A stretch of 64,000 nt of DNA from Octopus vulgaris (lineage: Eukaryota): the NCBI GenBank assembly GCA_951406725.2, contig OX597827.1, forward strand, positions 67,084,001 to 67,148,000, in the 5' to 3' direction. Shown piece after piece: positions 56,220-64,000 of this stretch. Position 1 is the stretch's first letter. Each line of letters opens with the position of its first letter. Made by a program: the position numbers and the translations under genes. Below the pieces are notes generated by a model that searched no databases, had not been told where the DNA came from, and saw nothing but the letters and a program-made list of their open reading frames with translations.

Positions 56220-57069
56220 GAAGAAATGAATACGTACACAGACATACACTGGTATACATTCATAAAGAGATGTACATACTTGCAACCAGAAACTCATGTG
56301 AAGCTGCGTATAACAGATTGAATTTCTCTGTCAGCAAATTTCCTGATTCTGCTATCGTTGTTTTCACTGCGTATCTTCGCCATTTTCATTCACGACACGT
56401 TAGTTCGAATAGAAACGCTTCCTCGATCAGATCGCAGTAGTGCGACGAGATATTCTAGCGTTTTTATAAAATACGTCACTCTTAATAAAGAAGCTAAGGT
56501 GAATAAAATAACCGGTGTGTGTGTTTTAAATGTCCAACATAATAGAACACGCCCCGTACAATCTGTTGAAGCGTATACATAATAGTCTTAGCAATGCTAT
56601 TAGCCACCGATCATATCGATGCACTATGCCCTACAGGGACGTTCGTTAGTCGTAGGAAGGTGGGCAAACAGCAGCCTTGAGGACTTTCTTGAAAGAGAAG
56701 AAGCGTTGTCATATTTTAGCCTTACTACCTTTAATCCAGTGGCAAGATCAGGTCAAGACGATTGCGGATTGGGACCGATGTAGTGGATGGCCAAGATGAG
56801 TTACTTGCTCCGTCATAATCTGTTCATGCTGCGGGTGCCTTCCCCTCTGTTGAACCATGAATGTTTCTTCCGTAGAGTTCGCTGCGTTCAGTCTCTGCAT
56901 GCATACGTACAAGAGACCTACAAGGCTTATTAACCGATAGTTGAGACAATGACATGTGCTACTACTCCGCCTCATGTCTACGTACGAGGTCCCTACTAGG
57001 CTAATTAACCTATATTTAGGACAATGACAGATGGTATTACGCCGGGGCTGAGTAGACCTGGGATTATAT

Positions 57070-57503
57070 TTCGTTTAAAAATGGCTCCTGAAAATCCCCA
57101 AAATCTCGAAATGGAGGCCCACTGCTGTATACAGTTGAAAGTCACCCCCGGTAACGACTGCATGATATTTATTTCGTCTGTCTACGTTCTGAGTTCAAAT
57201 TCCGCAGAGGTCGACTTTGCCTTTCATCCTTTCGGGGTCGATATATTAAGTACCAGTTGCGTATTGGGGGCGATCTAATCGACTGGATCCCTCCCCAAAG
57301 ATTTCAGGTCTTGTGCCTAGATTAGAAACGCATATTAGTGGTACCGAAAAATAATAGCGCATTTTATATACTAAGTTCTAATCAGCATAAAATAATTCGT
57401 TTAAAAATGGCTCCTGAAAACCCCCAAAAATCGCGAAATAGATGCCCACTGTCGTATACAGTTGAAAGTCATACCCCTGGTAACGGTTACATAATATTTA
57501 TTT
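57070..57503 (+). repeat. ~105-bp direct repeats flanking a 5'-truncated SINE B (57170-57330)
   Basis: 57070-57174 vs 57396-57503. Confidence 0.88.
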
Positions 57504-57577
57504 GCTGAAAGCCATCTACAATATATGTAAATCAGATTTGTCCCTCATCTCTAGAACATTGGGGCTCATGAGCAATC

Positions 57578-57641
57578 CCTTATTCGAACACACCTTATTC
57601 GGATGCCTTATTCGAATGTCTTATTCGAGCCTTATTCGAAC
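57578..57641. repeat. Five copies of CTTATTCG(A) with ~12-15-bp spacing
   Basis: Directly visible. Confidence 0.85.
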
Positions 57642-58002
57642 GTACTTGATATATTTGCGCTTACAAATACTCAATCGCAATAAAATCCATTTTATTTTAC
57701 AGTCTTTGCTACTTGAAAAATACTTTAGTAGTCAGCATTATCTGCTGTTTCTTAGCCAAACTCAGCATCTTCAATAATTTACCATTCTAACTTTTCTGTC
57801 TTTAAGATATTAAAGAGTTAATGGCTAATTCTTAAAGAAATATATTATCGTACAAGATATAATGTTCACTTGAATGCTGCAGCAATCCTTAAAATGATAT
57901 GTTTCCTCAGAACTATGTATCATTTCAATAAAATTGTAAGAATACCTTCATTTGATAACTGATTATTTATGTTACTAATACATTGTTTTTATTATTTTAC
58001 AG

Positions 58003-58041
58003 GTAAGAAAATGTTAATGATACGAGTAGACTCGAGAATTG
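58003..58041 (+). CDS. Candidate 39-nt symmetric microexon (phase 1: (G)KKMLMIRVDSRI) or recursive splice site of an unidentified host gene
   Basis: Branch-point-like TACTAAT (57973-57979), T-rich tract, CAG acceptor ending at 58002, G|GTAAGA donor at 58042, length divisible by 3, one open frame, in apparently unique sequence. Confidence 0.45.
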
Positions 58042-58399
58042 GTAAGAGCATGTCATGTTTTTATCGATGCTTACTTCAAAACTAATTTTCGTCATGTTGG
58101 TTATTTATTTTTTGGTGGGTGATGGTATCGAGAATACTTCCTTTCCCGTTAATTTTTTCCCCAAGTTCATTTGGATTCTTCAGTGTGGTAGGTTCGCACA
58201 ATTGGTATAGCGCCATACAGAACAACTTTCTGTATTAAGTTAGGGCAATTTATGTTCTTCTTTTCTTTTGTTTATTTGAAGCCGAGGTAAACAAGTCTAT
58301 TTATTCTTCTAGGATCGTTAAAGCAAATGCCAGTTAAGTAGTAAAATAGATACAATTGATTGTAACCCTTCCTCATAATGACGGACTATTACTCTTCAC

Positions 58400-58589
58400 T
58401 CTTTACTCTTTTATTTCTTTCAGTCGTGTGACTGTGGCCATGCTGGAGCACTGCCTTTAGTCGAGCAAATCAACCCCAGGACTTATTCTTTGTTAGCCTA
58501 GTATTTATTGTATCGTTCTCTTTTGCCGAACCGCTAAGTTACGGGGATGTAAACACACCAGCATCGGCTGTCAAGCGATGCTGGGGGTA

Positions 58590-58679
<90 letters not shown>

Positions 58680-58897
58680 CGATGGAATTCTTGGTGGAGA
58701 CAAACACATACACACAAACATACACACACATATATATATACATATAGACGACGGGCTTCTTTCAGTTTCCGTCTACGAAATCCACTCACAAGGATTTGGT
58801 CGGCCTGAGGCTATAGCAGAAGGCATTTGACCAAGGTGCCACGCAGTGGGACTGAACCGGAACTATATGGCCCGTAAGCAAGCTACTTGCCACACAG
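58400..58897 (-). mobile_element. SINE family A with a duplicated and expanded internal microsatellite
   Basis: Homologous to 28882-29267. Confidence 0.88.
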
Positions 58898-60339
58898 CTT
58901 TTGATCTATGTGTATTTGGTAATAAAAACTGTCAGAGGTATTGGGGTTATTGACTCAATGAAAGATAATTTTCTCAAACAAAACATTGGAAACAGAACTG
59001 TGAACATGTGAATCAACATCAATTAAAATACAACAAATTGATGTTGTGCGATGTTTGATAACTGTGATGTAAATAATGGTGAAAATTTATCAGACAAATA
59101 TCAGCTTCCATCAGATGCAAACAGACGTATGTATAAACAACACTATAGCCAGAGAAGTTCTAGCTTTGACCATTTCATCGTTCATATCTGAGGTATGATT
59201 ATCTTAGATATGCCAGATATATTTCCTGGATTAGCCTGAATTCCAACAACTATCGCGTAACCTGGACTCATCAGGTGTTCCGAGTTTTTCAACGGAAGAC
59301 ATTCTCAACTAGCCAAACTAGCCGATTAGATACCGCAAACAAACTAGCAAACCAGGTTGATTTGGCACGGATCTGCATGACTTTGTACCCCGGCAGCACG
59401 TTTCCTCATCCATGGTTAACCACCGTTAATCATAATCCACCTGGTGGCTTTCTATAACTTTATTTCGAGTCTGAAGGACACCATTACTTCCAACCCCTGC
59501 ATCGTCTTCATACCACACTCCTTTGCTTGTATGATATGTTTACCAGACTCTGTTCTGACCCCTTTCCACGAATTCTCAGACCCATATCCATTTCTTCTCA
59601 CAGGTTTTGCCAATACATTTTTGGTAGCATACGTTAATTTCCAGCATGATCACCTGTTTCGATGGAACAATATTGGTATTTCTCTTCTTGAAGCCAGTAG
59701 TTTAAAATGTCATTTATATTATCCAGTCTTATTTGCATATTATAGACTACATTATTTACTTATGTTCTCCTTTATGTAATTAGAGTCTGTATAATTTAAG
59801 AGATATTTCGCTACTATTTCCAGCTAGCAAAGTGATTGCTTATAGCGCTGTCTCTGTTTTGCAGATTTGATCGATTATCTGTCACACGAGCATTCATCTA
59901 TGATTTCTTTGAACATAGACTGTGTCACAGATCTAAATAAAATCAAGTCTGGCCAATATAGATGTCAGCTTTCATACCCATCGAGACACAACAATGAACA
60001 GCCACTAAAATGCGTACAATGTTAAATCATAATATTCTTCAAACATGTTTTATCAAATGAATGTTGCTTTGGTTGCTGCTGTTGCTGTGGATGCTTCAAA
60101 TTTTGTTGCTTCCACTGGCATTATTTAGCTGCAGGTCACCGCTGATCGAAAAGACAGAACCGTATCTTTCATGCTTTACTTGCGTAATGTTCGGCGTAAA
60201 GTCATTGTTCGGCGTAATGGACAAAGTTGAAAACAATTGCCCAGAATGGTTTGCTGTGGGACTGAACCAGAAACAACATAGGTTATAAAACGAGATTCTT
60301 AACAACACAGCTATGTCTTCGCTTGTATTAGGGATACCG

Positions 60340-60540
60340 AAGGCGGCGAGCTGGGAGAAACGTTATCACTCCGGGCGAAATGCGTAGCCGTATTACGTCA
60401 GAGTTCAAATTCCGCCGGGGTCGATTTTTCCTTTCATCCTTCCGCGCTCGATAAAATGAATTCTGTTTGGATTCTGGGGGTCGAAGTAATCGACTTACTC
60501 CTCCCCCGAACTCACTGGCCTTATCCGAAAATTTGAAATG
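60340..60540 (+). mobile_element. SINE family B
   Basis: AAGGCGGCGAGCTGGGAGAAACGTT head. Confidence 0.8.
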
Positions 60541-60584
60541 TCAGTATATTGATAATATAACACTCCATCAAATTCTTAGTGCCT

Positions 60585-60813
60585 TACTCTTTTGCTCTTT
60601 TACTCTTTTACTTGTTTCAGTCATTTGACTGCTGCCATGCTGGAGCACCGCATTTAATCGAGCAACTCGACCCCGGGACATATTCTTTTGAAAGCCCAGT
60701 ACTTATTCTATCGGTCTCTTTTGCCGAACCGCTAAGTGACGGGGACATAAACACACCAGCATCGATTGTCAAGCAATGCTAGGAGGACAAACACAGACAC
60801 ACAAGCACACACA

Positions 60814-60852
<39 letters not shown>

Positions 60853-61031
60853 TTATATATATATATACGATGGGCTTCTTTCAGTTTCCGTCTACCAAAT
60901 CCACTCACAAGGCTTTGGTCGGCCCGAAGCTATAGTAGAAGACACTTGCCCAGGGTGCCACGCAGTGGGACTGAACCCGGAACCATGTGACTGGTAAACA
61001 AGCTACTTACCACACAGCCACTCCTGCGCCT
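60585..61031 (-). mobile_element. SINE family A, full length
   Basis: Homologous to 28882-29267. Confidence 0.92.
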
Positions 61032-61807
61032 TCTAGAGAGTTCCTTAATAAATGTTCTACCGCCTACCCAGTCTACATGTAAACAATCTAGGTTATGCAA
61101 TCAGCATGATAACGTAAACGTGATAACAATGCTTCCCTTATGTTACTGTCAGTCTGCATGAATGACGAAATTCCGTTAACCACTTTGCTCGGCGTATATA
61201 CGATTCTGCCGGCTCGCCAACTTGCACTATGCTATCGTATTTTAAAATATCATACATAGGTCCAGAAGAAAGGCATAACCACACTAATTGTACATTACTC
61301 TCATTGTCTACGGTCAATACTTTTACGTTCGTCAGGTTTCGCATTGTAAGAATCTCTAAGACGGCCTGTGTATACTCAAACCGTCTTTTAGTACCTACGT
61401 ACACCCATATGACGTAGGTGGTCGAACTGGGAGAAAAAAATATTTTTCATACGAGTTTTCATTTCTAATTCATATCATTCTGAATACGAGAACCATTTAA
61501 TGTATAATGAACATTTTATTCCTAAAATGACTGGACTAATTCTCCATTAAAACGACAATAATATAAAAACAGCACGACGTTATAACAAGGTTTTCACCTG
61601 TTGACCGTCAGCTTAATAGTTTGACTTATTAATGATTCAGTTAGCAAGCAGGAGAGTAAATTAATTCATACAAAACGTACCAAGTTATTTCTTCTCCTAT
61701 TTGCAGTCGAAAATCGAGGCAGATATATTTTTTCTTTTCCTATGAATATTTTAGATTGTTTTTCTCCCACTCTATTTCACTTAATGTATTAATACCCTCC
61801 AACAAAC

Positions 61808-62075
61808 CTTCTTCTTCTTCTTCTTCTTCTTTTTCTTCTTTTTCTTTCCTCCTCCTTCTTCTTCTTCTTCTTCCCCTTCTTCTCTTCTTTTTCTTTCCTC
61901 TTCTCCTCCTCCTCCTTCTTCTTCTTCCCCTCCTTCTTCTCTTCTTCTTCTTCTTCTCCTTCTCCTTCTCCTCCTCCTCCTTCTTCTTCTCCTCCTCCTC
62001 CTCCTCCTCCTCTACCTTCTTCTTCTTCTTCTTCTTCTTCTTCTTCTTCTTCTTCTTCTTCTTCTTCTCCTTCTC
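61808..62075. repeat. (CTT/CCT)n polypyrimidine tract
   Basis: Directly visible. Confidence 0.95.
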
Positions 62076-63218
62076 TATTTTTATCGTTTTCTTTGCTTCT
62101 CATGTTCGTACTTATTACTTCATTCCTTATTCTTCTTCGTGTTCTTTCTTTTTTTTCTATTATTCGTTACATTTTCTACTTCTTGTCTGAAATATTTTTT
62201 TCTTTTTTCGTTTCCTTCTTTCACTTCTTACTCCTCGTCCTCCTCCTCCTTGCATGTGCTCGTTCACTCAATTTATTTTCTTCATCTCTTGTCGAATAAT
62301 TTCAAAGGTCACTATGCTAGCTAGCTAAAATTTCCATTCCACAAATGGTATGTAGAGAAGTCTCTTTACAAAAACATTTCAAAAATAAATGTTAAAGCCA
62401 TATCTCACAAAATTATCTAAAATAAAAATTATCGTACGGAACAAATACGAACATGGAATTATTCTCAACGTACAAAACAAAAACTAAAACGTGATTTTGC
62501 GTAAAATTAAGTGGAAACCCATTTTTAATTCACTTTTTTTTTCAGTCTTATTTTGCAGTTTTTCTCTTTATTAAAGTTAAAATAAATTAACATTTCTTTA
62601 AAACAAAACAACAGTGTTTGAAAAAATTAAAAAATGGACTAAAGTATGTAGCAAGCTAATGTTGGTTAGGTTAGTGAGAAAAATTTATCGAAAATTATAC
62701 ATCGAATACTTGTAGTTGTTTTTAGCCATGCCTCTGTTTATTTTTAAAAGAACTTATCTCCAGTAATTTTCTTTAGGCAACTGAACTACGATTTTGTTTA
62801 ATTATTGTCTAAAAGATTGTTCATTGGATCAAGAAATATACTCTTCACACATATATAAAAATACATAGTGTGTAACATGGTTGAGCCTTGGAATTACTGG
62901 AACAATACATGAAAATTCTGTACGGTTACTGTCTACAGATTTGAATTTCATTATCTTAATGAGCGATAGTTTGATAAGAAAGCCGCATAGTGATATCGAA
63001 TGCGGAAGCTAGAGATTGAAAAGCAAACTTTCGGTAACTTATTAAAGGTTATAATAGGTTACGATGTGACGTCGGGGTTAATCAAAACATAAAAAGCACA
63101 GTACACAATTTTAATCTATTTTCTTCAAAATGAAAACGAAATAACAGTTTTTGGTTGCATCAATGTCAATTCGAATGAATTGTTGTAGTCTAGCCATTCA
63201 CACACACACATACACATA

Positions 63219-63435
63219 TTGGTTTCAAATGTTTGTACAAGCACAGTAATTTCGGGGGAAGGTGGTAAATCGGTTAGATGGACCCCAATACTCAACTGGT
63301 CCTTATTTTACAGACGCCAAAAGGAAGAAGTACAAAGTCGACCTTGGCGGAATTTAAATTCAGGACGTAAAAGCGGACGATTTTGCCACTAACCATTGTG
63401 ACAGGCATGGTAACGATTCGGTCAGGTGACCGTCT
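63219..63435 (-). mobile_element. Decayed SINE family B
   Basis: AAAGTCGACCTTGGCGGAATTT motif. Confidence 0.7.
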
Positions 63436-63465
63436 TCACATATAATCCCCCTTAACTGACACGCA

Positions 63466-63895
<430 letters not shown>

Positions 63896-64000
63896 TAAGA
63901 GTGATAACAATTAAGTGGACATCCATTATGCTAGAAGCCCACTTAGTGGTCATCCTTCATATATCTATGTAATATAATTTTTCTGAGTCTTCAGGCTTTT

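Noticed and set aside
56290-56385. Minus-strand AAAATGGCG start with a short ORF
   Set aside because: Stops after ~30 codons with no donor site or recognisable product
59213-59280. Minus-strand CTGATGAGTCC...GAAATATATC hammerhead candidate
   Set aside because: Core words are present, but stems I and II do not pair adjacent to the core

Overview
AT-rich, repeat-saturated animal genomic DNA, intronic or intergenic. The SINE families and microsatellite load resemble an octopod cephalopod (Octopus sp.); this is recognition from memory, not a database result. No intact host gene is visible, and nearly all ORF-track entries are translations of (TA)n, (CA)n, (GGAT)n, (CAT)n, (AAT)n or (CTT)n tracts. 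The window holds dozens of copies of about four modular tRNA-derived SINE families, RTE and CR1/L2 LINE 3' fragments, Tc1/mariner remnants, two non-autonomous Helitron-like elements, several long inverted repeats and one candidate 39-nt microexon. The most notable structure is a ~1.4-kb palindrome (35969-37378) built from a non-coding 545-bp unit. Each arm carries a minimal type I hammerhead ribozyme of the Penelope/retrozyme kind. At least six further hammerhead-like motifs from other short repeat families also occur, all running 3' into (TA)n tracts. Together these suggest a set of non-autonomous, ribozyme-bearing, microsatellite-targeting retroelements.
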